124,000 nt of DNA from Hyalangium minutum (GTDB lineage Bacteria > Myxococcota > Myxococcia > Myxococcales > Myxococcaceae): the NCBI RefSeq assembly GCF_000737315.1, contig NZ_JMCB01000004.1, positions 144,001-268,000 on the forward strand, given 5' to 3'. The translations under genes and the position numbers were made by a program. Position 1 is the stretch's first letter; every line of letters starts with the position of its first letter. Positions 12,910 through 23,095 of the stretch are shown here, one piece after another. A model generated the notes under the pieces. The model was not told the DNA's origin. It saw only the letters and a list, made by a program, of their open reading frames with translations, and made no database searches.

Positions 12910-13127
12910 AGGGACTTGAGCAGGCGCGCTTTGACTTCATCCCAGGACTCGCCCGACTCTGGATTCTCGTCCAGCTCCGCCAGACGCCTCTGAAGTTCGG
13001 CAAGCTGCTCGGGAGGCGTCGCCACCTGCTCCGGGTGAGCCGCGACGCTGTCCCAGAGGTCCTCGGCCAACTGGATGCGCTCGGCAGGACTCAAGTGGAG
13101 GAACTCTGAAAAGGTGACCCGCGACAT
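12906..13127 (-). CDS. Addiction-module antitoxin (TIGR02574-like)
   Basis: LSPAERIQLAEDLWDSV...ELQRRLAE...SWDEVKARL; 4-nt overlap with the toxin start. Confidence 0.85.
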   Translation of the reverse strand: MSRVTFSEFLHLSPAERIQLAEDLWDSVAAHPEQVATPPEQLAELQRRLAELDENPESGESWDEVKARLLKSL

Positions 13128-13183
13128 GACTCCAGTTTAGGGCCGAGGTTTCTCCAGAGCCATAGGGATGCTGGGCAGAGGGT

Positions 13184-13816
13184 TTACTGGGATACCGCCG
13201 TGGGGGCAGCAGACCGTGCAAGCGAGTTCGGGGCCGTGACAGGGGACTCGGGCACCTGAGTCTGGGCCCAGTCCTCTGCTGTGCGGCCACTGGAATCCCG
13301 GCGCTCGGGCGACGCGCCCTTCTGCTGGAGCCGCTCCGCCACCTCCTTACGCCCGAACAGCCGCGCGAACATCAGCGCCGTCTGGCCCACTCCGTTTGAC
13401 TGGTCCACTGCGCACGGCTGCTGCAGGAGCAGGTCCACTACCTCCACGTAGCCCTTGAACGCCGCGCCCATCAGCGCCGTGTTTCCTCGCGAGTCTCCCG
13501 CGCACGCATCCGCGCCCCCTGCCAGCAGCGCCCGCACCGTCTCCGTGTGCCCGTGGTACGCCGCCAGAATCAGCGGAGAGAATCCGCGATCGTCCTGCAC
13601 GTTCACCGGCGTCCCGGCCTTGAGCAGTCCCGCCACCAGCTCCGCGTCTCCCTCGCGCGACGCGGCCAGCAGGTAGCGCTCGGCCTCGCTCACCGCCAGC
13701 ACCCGCTGCGCCGGAGGGCGCTTCCAGGACGTGTAGAAATAGCCCGCCACCGCCACCACGCCCAGCACCAGCACCAGCACCGCTCCAGCCAAACCCAGCA
13801 TCACCTTGCGCAGCAT
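13184..13816 (-). CDS. ankB: Ankyrin-repeat protein, catalase-associated (AnkB-like)
   Basis: N-terminal TM; ankyrin repeats (SPLILAAYHG, TALMGAA, TALMFA); downstream of catalase. Confidence 0.75.
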   Translation of the reverse strand: MLRKVMLGLAGAVLVLVLGVVAVAGYFYTSWKRPPAQRVLAVSEAERYLLAASREGDAELVAGLLKAGTPVNVQDDRGFSPLILAAYHGHTETVRALLAGGADACAGDSRGNTALMGAAFKGYVEVVDLLLQQPCAVDQSNGVGQTALMFARLFGRKEVAERLQQKGASPERRDSSGRTAEDWAQTQVPESPVTAPNSLARSAAPTAVSQ

Positions 13817-13905
13817 CGCTTCACTCCATGCAGGAAACTTCGAGGGAACCCACCCAACGGACAGAGGCCCCGGGAGCCCGACCTCCCGAGGTCTCCACCT
13901 ACGCG

Positions 13906-15435
13906 CTACCGCGAGGCGATCGTCGCCACCGCCGCCTGCGCGTCCTCCAGTTTCACTCCCACCGCCTTCGCCAGCCGCGTGCCGTACTCCGCGTTCGCGC
14001 TGTAGAAGTAGCCCACCATCCGCGCCTTCACCCGCGCGTCACGCACCTGGCCCAGGTCCCCCGCGAGGTTCTTCACCAGCCGCTCCCGCTCCACCGGGGT
14101 CAGCGCCAGGTAGAACGCCCCCGCCTGAGAGAAGTTGTCCGTCTTCGAGATCGCCACCTGCTGCGTCGTCCCGCTCAGCGCCATTTGCGACAGCAGGTAC
14201 GCAGGGGAGTCCGTTGTCTCACGGGTGATGCTCGGCTCGTAGTTCACGTCCGACTTCGTGTGGGCGATGTTCATCGCGCCACCCTGGTTGTTGTTGTTCA
14301 CCGTGGCCCGCGAGCGGTTCACCGGCAGCGACTGGTAGTTCGCACCCACCCGGTAGCGCTGCGTGTCCGCGTAGGAGAACAGCCGGCCCTGCAGCAGCCG
14401 ATCCTCGGAGGGCTCGATGCCCGGAGGCTGCACGCCCGGAGAGAACGCTGCCTGCTCGGTCTCCTCGAAGAAGTTGTCCGGCATCTTGTTCAGCGTGATC
14501 TTCCCCAGCTTGATCGACGGGACCTTGTCCTCCGGCCACACCTTCGTCGCGTCCAGCGGATCGAACGAGAACGCGTCCAGATTCTTCGGATCCAGCACCT
14601 GCGCCGTCAGCTCCCACGACGGGTCCTGGCCCTTGCCGATCGACTCGTAGAGATCATGCGTGGCGTGCTGGAAGTCCTGGCCCTGGATGCGCGTGGCCTC
14701 CTCGGCCGTGAGCGACTTCACGCCCTGCAGCGACTTCCAGTTGAACTTCACGTAGTGCACCTGGCCCTTCGCGTTGACGAACTTGAAGGCGTGTACGCCG
14801 TGGCCGTTCATCTGCCGGTAGTTCGCCGGCACGCCCAGGTCCGAGTACACCTGCGTCAGCATGTGCGTGGACTCGGGCACGTGAGAGAAGAAGTCGAAGA
14901 ACCGGTTGGGATCCTGGCGGTTCGTGATCGGCGACGGCTTCAGCGAGTGCACCATGTCCGGGAACTTGATGGCGTCCCGGATGAAGAACACCGGCAGGTT
15001 GTTGCCCACCAGGTCCCAGTTGCCCTCGTCCGTGTAGAACTTGAGCGCGAAGCCGCGCGGATCCCGCAGCGTCTCCGGCGAGCCCTGCGGGTGGATCACC
15101 GTGGAGAAACGCACGAACATCGGCGTCTTCTTGCCCTTGGCCGTCAGCAGCGAGGCCTTCGTCAGCTGCGAGAAGTCCCCGTAGCTCTCGAAGGTGCCGT
15201 AGGCGCCCACGCCGCGTGCGTGCACCACGCGCTCGGGGATGCGCTCGCGATCAAAACGCGCGAGCTTCTCGATGAGGTGGAAGTCCTCCAGCAGGATTCC
15301 GCCGCGCGGGCCCGCCGTCTTCGAGTTCTGGTTGGAGCCGACCGGTGCGCCCGAGTCCGTCGTCAGGGGAGGGGGATCGGCCAGGGCCGCGCCACCGCTC
15401 AGCAGCGCCGCCAGGAGGAAAGGCTTCAGGTTCAT
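13906..15435 (-). CDS. katB: Monofunctional heme catalase with signal peptide
   Basis: RERIPERVVHARG, RLFSYADTQRYR; N-terminal signal peptide. Confidence 0.9.
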   Translation of the reverse strand: MNLKPFLLAALLSGGAALADPPPLTTDSGAPVGSNQNSKTAGPRGGILLEDFHLIEKLARFDRERIPERVVHARGVGAYGTFESYGDFSQLTKASLLTAKGKKTPMFVRFSTVIHPQGSPETLRDPRGFALKFYTDEGNWDLVGNNLPVFFIRDAIKFPDMVHSLKPSPITNRQDPNRFFDFFSHVPESTHMLTQVYSDLGVPANYRQMNGHGVHAFKFVNAKGQVHYVKFNWKSLQGVKSLTAEEATRIQGQDFQHATHDLYESIGKGQDPSWELTAQVLDPKNLDAFSFDPLDATKVWPEDKVPSIKLGKITLNKMPDNFFEETEQAAFSPGVQPPGIEPSEDRLLQGRLFSYADTQRYRVGANYQSLPVNRSRATVNNNNQGGAMNIAHTKSDVNYEPSITRETTDSPAYLLSQMALSGTTQQVAISKTDNFSQAGAFYLALTPVERERLVKNLAGDLGQVRDARVKARMVGYFYSANAEYGTRLAKAVGVKLEDAQAAVATIASR

Positions 15436-15478
15436 AGGAGATCTCCGGAGTGAAGGGGTGAAGATGGGAGACCCCTAG

Positions 15479-15495
15479 AGCACTCGGTGTGCCAA
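15479..15495 (-). promoter_or_regulatory. sigma54 promoter of katB
   Basis: Minus strand TTGGCACACCGAGTGCT, GG-N10-GC, 44 bp upstream of the catalase ATG. Confidence 0.72.
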
Positions 15496-15546
15496 GCCTC
15501 TGAGCCCAGTGGTATTCAGAGGTTATGAACTGGAAGTGCCCCGTTA

Positions 15547-15632
15547 CACCGATATATCAGTGCACCCAGCGCGATTTCGGTGGAGAGTGGTACCGATATT
15601 TCGCTGCAGCTATCTTCACCGAGATATCGGTG
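15547..15632. promoter_or_regulatory. Four imperfect CACCGA-N4-TCGGTG palindromes (putative activator sites)
   Basis: Copies at 15547-15562, 15567-15582, 15591-15606 and 15617-15632 (last has perfect 6-bp arms). Confidence 0.65.
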
Positions 15633-15748
15633 TAAACGCATTGGACACAGCCGGGCAGGCTCCAGAGGCAGGCGCCGCATGACGCTCCAAGTCATCGGTG
15701 GACCAGAAAAGTTCAACATTTCTGATGGTTTAGGGGTAAGGTGCCGCC

Positions 15749-17305
15749 ATGCCGGGACCGTTCATCCAAGACGAGCAGATTGCGCACGCGCGCAAGCTGG
15801 CCGAGGAGATCGTCAACCCGATCTTCGACCTCATCCACCACAACACCACTGTGTCCATTGAGCGCACCGTGCTGCGCTTCTTCGGGATTTCGGGGGCGGG
15901 GGCTCGCGGTGTGCCGCTGGCCAACTTGATGGTGGACAAACTAAAGGCGGCCGGGGTGCTCAACCGCGGCGCCGCCTACTGGTATGGCCGGGCGCTGCAA
16001 CTGGGCGCCAAGAGCCCGCTGGAGGCCGTAGAGCGCCTGACCGCACTGCCCACCGAGAAGCTGGGGCCCCTGTCTCCGGAAATGGAGCAGAACCTGCGCG
16101 CCGAGGTGCGCGCCGAGGGCCGCGCCGCGCTCGAGGACATGCAGGGTCGCATCGCCCAGCGCAACGCGCTCCGGCAGCAGTTCCCCATGTCCCCGACGCC
16201 GCACAAGTACGTCATCGTTGCCACCGGTAACATCTATGACGATGTGGACCAGGCGCGCGCGGCGGCCCAGGCGGGCGCGGACATCATCGCGGTCATCCGC
16301 TCCACGGCGCAGTCGTTGCTGGACTACGTGCCCCACGGTGCCACCACCGAGGGCTACGGCGGCACCTACGCCACCCAGGAGAACTTCCGCATCATGCGCG
16401 AGGCCCTGGACGAGGAGAGCAAGAAGCTCAAGCGCTACATTCAGCTGACGAACTACTCCTCCGGCCTGGCCATGTCGGAGATTGCCTTCTGCGCGGCGTA
16501 CGAGAAGCTGGACATGCTCCTCAACGACGCGATGTACGGCATCCTCTTCCGCGACATCAACATGCGGCGGACGTTCATCGATCAGTACTTCAGCCGCCGC
16601 ATCTGCGCCCTGGCCGGCATCATCATCAACACAGGCGAGGACAACTACATCACCACCGCGGACGCGTATGACGCGGCCCACACGGTCATCGCCAGCCAGT
16701 TCATCAACGAGTGCTTCGCCAAGCGCGCGGGGCTCAAGGACTGGCAGCTGGGCATCGGGCACTCGTACGAGATCGATCCGCACCGTCCGGACACGCTCCT
16801 GCTGGAGCTGTCGCAGGCCATGCTGGTGCGGCGCTGCTTCCCTGACGCCCCGCTGAAGTACATGCCGCCCACCAAGCACAAGGAGACGGACATCTTCTTC
16901 AGCCACGCGTACGACGTGATGGCGGACCTGGTGGCCGTCTGGACGCGGCAGGGCATCCAGCTGCTGGGCATGATGACGGAGGCGATGCACACGCCGCTGC
17001 TGGCGGATCGGTACGTGGCGCTGAAGTCCGCTGCCTACCTCCACCGCGCCGCGCGGGGCATCGACGAGGAGTTCACCGTGCGCGAGGACGGGAAGATCGC
17101 CAACCGCGCGCGCGAGGTGTTCGCCAAGGCCATGGAGCTGCTGGAGGAGTGCCACAAGGAGGGCATGGTGGCGGCCATCGGCAAGGGGCGCTTTGGCGAC
17201 GTGAAGCGCACGGAGACGGGCGGCAAGGGCCTGGATGGCGTGCTCGAGAAGGCGCCGGACTATTTCAATCCGTTCTTGGAGATTCTGGAGGGTACGCACT
17301 CATGA
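15749..17305 (+). CDS. kamD: D-lysine 5,6-aminomutase alpha subunit
   Basis: HTTVSIER-like start, VIVATGNIYDD, IAVIRSTAQSLLDYVP, GTYATQENF, YMPPTKH. Confidence 0.93.
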   Translation: MPGPFIQDEQIAHARKLAEEIVNPIFDLIHHNTTVSIERTVLRFFGISGAGARGVPLANLMVDKLKAAGVLNRGAAYWYGRALQLGAKSPLEAVERLTALPTEKLGPLSPEMEQNLRAEVRAEGRAALEDMQGRIAQRNALRQQFPMSPTPHKYVIVATGNIYDDVDQARAAAQAGADIIAVIRSTAQSLLDYVPHGATTEGYGGTYATQENFRIMREALDEESKKLKRYIQLTNYSSGLAMSEIAFCAAYEKLDMLLNDAMYGILFRDINMRRTFIDQYFSRRICALAGIIINTGEDNYITTADAYDAAHTVIASQFINECFAKRAGLKDWQLGIGHSYEIDPHRPDTLLLELSQAMLVRRCFPDAPLKYMPPTKHKETDIFFSHAYDVMADLVAVWTRQGIQLLGMMTEAMHTPLLADRYVALKSAAYLHRAARGIDEEFTVREDGKIANRAREVFAKAMELLEECHKEGMVAAIGKGRFGDVKRTETGGKGLDGVLEKAPDYFNPFLEILEGTHS

Positions 17306-17787
17306 TCGGTTCCTTGGTGATGACGGTGGCGCTGGCCGTGAGCAGTGGCGGCTCGGCGGATGCGCTGGTGAAGCACCAGGCGAAGACGCTGACCCTCCAG
17401 GTCCCTGGCGCGTGGGACCGCACCAACGAGGAGGGCACCGAGAAGTTCAAGGCTCCCTCGGGGGATGGGTGGTTCACGCTGGACGTGGGCGCCGTGCAGA
17501 CGGCCGGCATGCAGCCCAAGGTCTGCCTGGACAAGATCCTCACCGCCATGGGCGGCGGCGAGGGCTGGGAGAAGATCAGCCTGGGCCTCAACCCGGCCGC
17601 CAAGAAGGTGAACGTGGACGACGCCACGGAGGATGGCGAGGACAAGGTCCGCTCGGTCACTTACGTGGGCTGCAACGGCAAGACGACGTGGTCCCTCATC
17701 TTCTCCATGAACGACAAGAAGAAGGACCGGTTCGAGCCCCTGGCAGCCAAGATCGCCCAGAGCGTCAGCTACGCAAAGGGGAAGTGA
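17302..17787 (+). CDS. Hypothetical secreted protein
   Basis: Signal-peptide-like N-terminus; ATG overlaps the kamD stop; high GC3 frame. Confidence 0.65.
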   Translation: MIGSLVMTVALAVSSGGSADALVKHQAKTLTLQVPGAWDRTNEEGTEKFKAPSGDGWFTLDVGAVQTAGMQPKVCLDKILTAMGGGEGWEKISLGLNPAAKKVNVDDATEDGEDKVRSVTYVGCNGKTTWSLIFSMNDKKKDRFEPLAAKIAQSVSYAKGK

Positions 17788-17794
17788 GCGCCTC

Positions 17795-18580
17795 ATGGTG
17801 AAGCCGACCAAGCAGATCATCCGCCCCTATGGAGACCGCCGCGACGATGGCGTGGTGCAGCTGTCGTTCACGCTCCCGGTGCCGCTGTCAGAGAAGGCCA
17901 AGGAGGCCGCCGCCCAGTTCACGAAGAAGATGGGCTTCTCGGACGTGAAGGTGGCCGCTGCCGAGCGCGCCGCGGACAACTACACGTTCTTCATCGTGTA
18001 CGCCCGGTCGGGCATGTACATCGACTACGCGGAGATCGACGTCCCCGAGGTCGTCATCAAGAAGATGGGGTTCGACGATCTCAACACCTTCATCCAGGAC
18101 AAGGTGGGGCGGCGCATCGTGGTGTTCGGCGCGTGTACCGGCACGGACACCCACACGGTGGGGATCGACGCCATCCTGAACATGAAGGGCTATGCGGGCG
18201 ACTACGGCCTGGAGCGCTACCCGTGGTTCGAGGCCTTCAACCTGGGCAGCCAGGTCCCCAATGACGACCTCATCACCAAGGCACTGGCGAAGAACGCGGA
18301 TGCCATCCTGGTGAGCCAGGTGGTGACTCAGCGCGACGTGCACAAGGACAACTCGCGCCAGTTCATTGATGCGGCCAAGGCGCGGGGTATCCACGGAAAG
18401 ACGATCCTGCTGCTCGGCGGGCCGCGCGTGGACCACAAGCTGGCGCTGGAGCTGGGCTTCGACGCGGGTTTCGGTCCGGGCACCAAGCCGTCCGACGTGG
18501 CCAACTACATCGTGCACGCGCTGCTCAAGAAGATGGGCAAGGAAGACCCGAACGCGCACTACCAGGGAGAGCCCAAGTGA
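17795..18580 (+). CDS. kamE: D-lysine 5,6-aminomutase beta subunit (B12-binding)
   Basis: [34 protein letters not shown] (DxHxxG cobalamin motif). Confidence 0.93.
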   Translation: MVKPTKQIIRPYGDRRDDGVVQLSFTLPVPLSEKAKEAAAQFTKKMGFSDVKVAAAERAADNYTFFIVYARSGMYIDYAEIDVPEVVIKKMGFDDLNTFIQDKVGRRIVVFGACTGTDTHTVGIDAILNMKGYAGDYGLERYPWFEAFNLGSQVPNDDLITKALAKNADAILVSQVVTQRDVHKDNSRQFIDAAKARGIHGKTILLLGGPRVDHKLALELGFDAGFGPGTKPSDVANYIVHALLKKMGKEDPNAHYQGEPK

Positions 18581-18972
18581 GCACGACCAAGGCCATCATC
18601 CGGCTGCGCATGAGCAGCCATGACGCGCACTACGGCGGCAACCTCGTGGACGGCGCGCGGATGCTGGGGCTCTTTGGCGATGTGGCCACGGAGCTGTGCA
18701 TCCGGCACGACGGGGACGAGGGCCTGTTCCGCGCGTATGACTCGGTGGAGTTCCTGGCACCCGTGTACGCGGGGGACTTCATCGAGGCCGAGGGCGAGAT
18801 CATCAGCACCGGCAATACGTCCCGGAAGATGAAGTTCGAGGCACGCAAGGTCATCCGGCCGCGTACGGATGTGAACGACTCGGCGGCGGACCTGTTGCAG
18901 GAGCCGGTGGTGGTGTGCCGGGCTTCGGGTACCTGCGTGGTTCCCAAGGACAAGCAGCGCATCCAGCGCTGA
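18577..18972 (+). CDS. kal: 3-aminobutyryl-CoA ammonia-lyase (hotdog fold)
   Basis: [32 protein letters not shown]. Confidence 0.9.
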   Translation: MSTTKAIIRLRMSSHDAHYGGNLVDGARMLGLFGDVATELCIRHDGDEGLFRAYDSVEFLAPVYAGDFIEAEGEIISTGNTSRKMKFEARKVIRPRTDVNDSAADLLQEPVVVCRASGTCVVPKDKQRIQR

Positions 18973-19007
18973 CTTACTCACTCACGCATTCAGAAGAGGG
19001 GGCATCC

Positions 19008-19835
19008 ATGAGTACGCCCATGGTCATCACCGCCGCGATGGTCGGCGCGGAGACGACGCGCGAGCAGACGCCGCACCTGCCCATCACCGCGGAGGAGATC
19101 GCCGAGGACGCGGTGAAGTGCCGCGAGGCCGGCGCGGCGATGGTTCACCTGCACGTACGCACGCCAGATGGCAAGCCGTCGCAGGACGCGGAGCTGTTCC
19201 GAGCGGCGATCCGGGCCATCCGCAAGCGCACGGACATCCTGATTCAGACGTCCACGGGCGGCGCGGTGGGCATGAGCGTGGACGAGCGCTGCGGCCCGCT
19301 GACGCTGACGGGCGCGGATCGCCCGGACATGGCCACGCTGACGACGGGCACGGTGAACTTCGGCCCGGACGTGTTCTGGAACCCGCGTCCGCTGGTGCGG
19401 GACATCGCCAAGCGCATCCGCGCCCTGGGCCTCAAGCCGGAGATCGAGTGCTTCGACGTGGGGATGATCGATGAGGCCAGCATCCTCGCGAAGGAGGGGC
19501 TGGTGGATCTGCCCGCGCACTATGACTTCGTGCTGGGCGTGCCGGGCGCGCTGACGGCGCGGGTGGACGCGCTGGAGTTCATGATCAAGTCGCTGCCCGA
19601 GGGCAGCACGTGGACGGTGGCGGCGGTGGGCCGGCACCAGCTGCCGTTCGTGGAGCACGCGGCCGAGCGCGGCGGCAACGCGCGCGTGGGGCTCGAGGAC
19701 AACATCTTCGTGTCCAAGGGCGTGCTGGCGAAGGGTAATTGGGAGCTGGTGGCGGAGGCGGCCAAGCGCGCCAAGGCCAAGGGCCGCACGCTGGCCACGC
19801 CGGAAGAGGCGCGGAAGATCCTGCGCCTCACCTGA
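19008..19835 (+). CDS. kce: 3-keto-5-aminohexanoate cleavage enzyme
   Basis: P.TAEEIA, VHLHVR, STGGA, RVGLEDN; pathway context. Confidence 0.9.
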   Translation: MSTPMVITAAMVGAETTREQTPHLPITAEEIAEDAVKCREAGAAMVHLHVRTPDGKPSQDAELFRAAIRAIRKRTDILIQTSTGGAVGMSVDERCGPLTLTGADRPDMATLTTGTVNFGPDVFWNPRPLVRDIAKRIRALGLKPEIECFDVGMIDEASILAKEGLVDLPAHYDFVLGVPGALTARVDALEFMIKSLPEGSTWTVAAVGRHQLPFVEHAAERGGNARVGLEDNIFVSKGVLAKGNWELVAEAAKRAKAKGRTLATPEEARKILRLT

Positions 19836-19897
19836 GCGAGCGCAGCGGGGCCAGATGGAGGCCCGCCCCAGGCCGGGCCGCAGGAGGGAGCCAAGGC

Positions 19898-20674
19898 ATG
19901 GAGACGGAGCTGAGAGGCAAGGGCGTCCTGGTCACAGGAGGCGCGGGAGGCATTGGCAGCGCCACGGTGCGCGCGTTCGCGGAGGAGGGTGCACGGGTGG
20001 CCGTGCACTACCGCTCGAACGAGGACAAGGCGCGGGCCCTCGCGACGGAGGTGGGCGGCGCGGCCGTGCGCGCGGACCTGACCTCCGAGGCCGAGGTGGA
20101 CGCGCTGATCCCCGAGGCGGTGAAGGCGCTCGGGCGGCTGGATGTGGTGGTGGCCAATGCCGGACACTGGCCCTCGCAGGATGAGCCGGTGTGGAAGATG
20201 TCCCTGACCCGCTGGCGCCAGACGCTGGCGGAGAATCTGGACAGCGTGTTCCTCACGTGCCGGGCCTTCCTGCGGCACGTGGAGACGACGAAGGTCGGGA
20301 GCCTGGTGCTCGTGAGCTCCACCGCGGGCCTGTTTGGCGAGGCAGGGCACTCGGACTACGCGGCGGCCAAGGGCGCGCTCGCGAGTGGCTTCGTGAAGAG
20401 CTTGAAGAACGAGCTGGGCCGCATCGCTCCGATGGCCCGAGTGAACGTGGTGTGCCCGGGCTGGACCGAGGTGGATCGCAACCGGGGTAAGCTCCAGGAC
20501 CCAGCGTTCCTGGCCCGAGTAACGCGGACGATGGCGCTGCGCAAGGTGGGGCGGCCGGAGGACATCGCGCGGGTCATCGTGACGCTCGCGTCAGACCGTA
20601 TCTCTGGCCACGTGACGGGCGAGGTCGTCACCGTCGCTGGCGGCATGGAAGGAAGAGTGCTTCATGACACTTGA
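19898..20674 (+). CDS. SDR family oxidoreductase
   Basis: [16 protein letters not shown]. Confidence 0.9.
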   Translation: METELRGKGVLVTGGAGGIGSATVRAFAEEGARVAVHYRSNEDKARALATEVGGAAVRADLTSEAEVDALIPEAVKALGRLDVVVANAGHWPSQDEPVWKMSLTRWRQTLAENLDSVFLTCRAFLRHVETTKVGSLVLVSSTAGLFGEAGHSDYAAAKGALASGFVKSLKNELGRIAPMARVNVVCPGWTEVDRNRGKLQDPAFLARVTRTMALRKVGRPEDIARVIVTLASDRISGHVTGEVVTVAGGMEGRVLHDT

Positions 20675-21455
20675 TGTGGATATTCGCGCCTACAACCGTG
20701 AGGCGTGGAATCGGCAGGTGGCCAAGGGAGACCGGTGGACGGTGCCCGTGGGCCCCGAGGTTATCGCCGCCGCGCGCCGGGGCGAGTGGAGCGTCATCCT
20801 CACCCCGCACAAGCCCGTGCCCCGCGAGTGGTTCGGCGAGCTGAAGGGGAAAGAGGTGCTGGGGCTCGCGAGCGCGGGTGGACAGCAGGGCTCGGTGCTC
20901 GCGGCGGCGGGCGCTCGGGTGACGATCTTCGACAACTCGCCGGCTCAGCTTGGACAGGACCGGCTGGTGGCGGAGCGCGAGGGCCTGGAGATTCGCCTCG
21001 TCGAGGGGGACATGCGGGACCTGTCCGTGTTCCCGGACGCAAGCTTCGATCTCATCTTCCACCCGTGCTCCAACTGCTTCGTGGACGACATCCGCCGCGT
21101 CTGGCGCGAGGCCTATCGCGTCCTGCGTCCGGGAGGAGCGCTGCTCTCCGGGTTTTGCAACCCGATCATGTTCCTCTTCGATCCGGAGCTGGAGCCCGAG
21201 GGCATCCTCCAGATGAAGTACCGGATGCCATACTCGGACTTCACCAGCCTCACGGACGCGGAGCGGCGCCGCTACACGGACAAGGGCGAGCCCCTCTGTA
21301 TTGCCCACTCGCTGGAGGAGCAGATCGGTGGGCAGCTCGCTGCGGGTTTCCTCCTGTCCGGGTTTTACGAGGACAAGCACGTCGCCGGAGATCGGCTCGC
21401 GGAGTACATGTCGAGCCTCTGCGCGACGCGAGCGGTGAAGCCCCCAGTTCCGTGA
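20664..21455 (+). CDS. Class I SAM-dependent methyltransferase
   Basis: [27 protein letters not shown]. Confidence 0.85.
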   Translation: MTLDVDIRAYNREAWNRQVAKGDRWTVPVGPEVIAAARRGEWSVILTPHKPVPREWFGELKGKEVLGLASAGGQQGSVLAAAGARVTIFDNSPAQLGQDRLVAEREGLEIRLVEGDMRDLSVFPDASFDLIFHPCSNCFVDDIRRVWREAYRVLRPGGALLSGFCNPIMFLFDPELEPEGILQMKYRMPYSDFTSLTDAERRRYTDKGEPLCIAHSLEEQIGGQLAAGFLLSGFYEDKHVAGDRLAEYMSSLCATRAVKPPVP

Positions 21456-22507
21456 ACTGCTCGCGCGTGGCCCTGTTCGCCTGTTTCCTGGTGCTCGGCG
21501 GGTGCCCGCAGGAGGGTGGGCCCAACAAGCCATCCGGACGTCTCCAAGGCCAGGTAGTGGGACCTGGCAGCCCTCGGGGAGACGCATACGTGTTCCTGTT
21601 CGCTCCGAGCGAGGGCCCTCCTCGGGGGCAGGCTGTGCCTCGCTACGTCACGGCAGTGCCTGATCTGCGGCTGGGAACTGGGGATGCCCGGTTCCTGTTC
21701 GCAGAGGTGAATCCAGGGCCATACCGGCTGTGGGGCTTCTTGGATGCGAACGGAGATGTGGACCTCTCCGTGGACGTGCTCGCCCAGCCGGGCGCGGGCG
21801 ACTGGCTGCCCGCGGCAGGAGTGGAGCTGGAGATTCCTGCGGGGAGCGTCGTGGAGCACGAGCTGACGCTCACTCAACGGAGGCGTCACGATCCTCCCGC
21901 GTTCCGGGTGACAGGGGAGGGGACGGATGGGGGCGTGGTGACGGTGCCGGACTCACTGCTGTCGCTTACGTCTCTCGATGTCGAGGCGGAGGGGCTGGGG
22001 CTCCTGCGCGGCGAGGAGGCACGGTTCTTCGTCCGGCTGGTCGATCGAGACGGAGACGGGAACGCGGATGATCTGAACGGAGACGGAGTGCCGGAGCTGT
22101 TCCCCCAGTTCTTCCTGCGCTTCATGCCGAGGCCCGGGCAGACGGTGCCGATGCAGACGGATGGAGGGCCCTCCCAGGTCATCGTGCCCCTGGTCATCAA
22201 CCCGGTGCCCTTCGTTCCCATCCTTCAGGGAGACGTGACGCGCGAGGCCTCTGCCACGAGCCTGCAGCTCTTCGTCGTGCCGGTGGCGCAGGCCGTCTCG
22301 GAGGCCACGGATGGAGGACAGGTGCTGACGCCGCTCGCGGCCATGCCGGTGGGCGAGTACCAACTCTGGGCACTCTCAGCGGAAGGGGCCTTCTGGTACA
22401 TCCCGAATGCGCTGGGAGCACGAGACTCGGAGGTTTTGCACTCGCAGTCCTTGCGGTTCGAGATTGTCCGAGGGGGCTCGCCCGACGCAGGAAATCCCAT
22501 TAGATAG
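21452..22507 (+). CDS. Hypothetical lipoprotein
   Basis: GTG start, lipobox-like VLGGC; Asp-rich [15 protein letters not shown] Ca-binding-like loop. Confidence 0.65.
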   Translation: MNCSRVALFACFLVLGGCPQEGGPNKPSGRLQGQVVGPGSPRGDAYVFLFAPSEGPPRGQAVPRYVTAVPDLRLGTGDARFLFAEVNPGPYRLWGFLDANGDVDLSVDVLAQPGAGDWLPAAGVELEIPAGSVVEHELTLTQRRRHDPPAFRVTGEGTDGGVVTVPDSLLSLTSLDVEAEGLGLLRGEEARFFVRLVDRDGDGNADDLNGDGVPELFPQFFLRFMPRPGQTVPMQTDGGPSQVIVPLVINPVPFVPILQGDVTREASATSLQLFVVPVAQAVSEATDGGQVLTPLAAMPVGEYQLWALSAEGAFWYIPNALGARDSEVLHSQSLRFEIVRGGSPDAGNPIR

Positions 22508-22542
22508 GTGCGCGCTTCAACCCCGCCGATCCGAGGAATCCC

Positions 22543-23079
22543 ATGTCCGAGTCCAAGAGCCTCGACAATCCCCACGAGCTGGCGCTGCGTGACTTCGCGC
22601 TGAGTTTCCCCGGCACCCACGAGGACTTTCCCTGGGGCCACCGCGCCCTCAAGGTGAAGGGCAAGGCCTTCGTCTTCATGGGCCACGAGAGGGGCGGACT
22701 GGGGCTCTCGGTGAAGCTGCCGCAATCCAACGCCGCAGCGCTGATGATGCCGTTCGCCACGCCCACTGGGTACGGCTTGGGCAAGAGCGGCTGGGTGTCG
22801 GCCGACTTCCCCAGGGGGGAGGCGCCTCCCATGGAGATGCTGCGCCAGTGGGTCGAGGAGAGCTATCGCGCCGTCGCTCCGAAGAAGCTCGTGGAGCAGA
22901 TCGGCTCCACGGCCAGCGCTCCCGTTGCTGCGCCGGCCAAGAAGTCCGCGAAGAAGTCCGCGCCTGCCAAGAAGGCTGCATCCGCCAAGAAGTCCGCGCC
23001 GGCCAAAAAGGCTGCACCTGCCAAGAAGGTCGCTGCCGCGAAGAAGAAGCCCGCAGCCCGCGCGAAGCAGGCCCGCTGA
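22543..23079 (+). CDS. MmcQ/YjbR family protein with Ala/Lys-rich tail
   Basis: PGTHEDFPWG..ALKVKGKAF, GYGLGKSGWV; C-terminal PAKK repeats. Confidence 0.8.
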   Translation: MSESKSLDNPHELALRDFALSFPGTHEDFPWGHRALKVKGKAFVFMGHERGGLGLSVKLPQSNAAALMMPFATPTGYGLGKSGWVSADFPRGEAPPMEMLRQWVEESYRAVAPKKLVEQIGSTASAPVAAPAKKSAKKSAPAKKAASAKKSAPAKKAAPAKKVAAAKKKPAARAKQAR

Positions 23080-23095
23080 TCAGCGGCACAGGGCC

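Noticed and set aside
15516-15748. Cobalamin riboswitch upstream of B12-dependent kamDE
   Set aside because: No recognisable B12-box or conserved core; the palindromes fit protein-binding sites better
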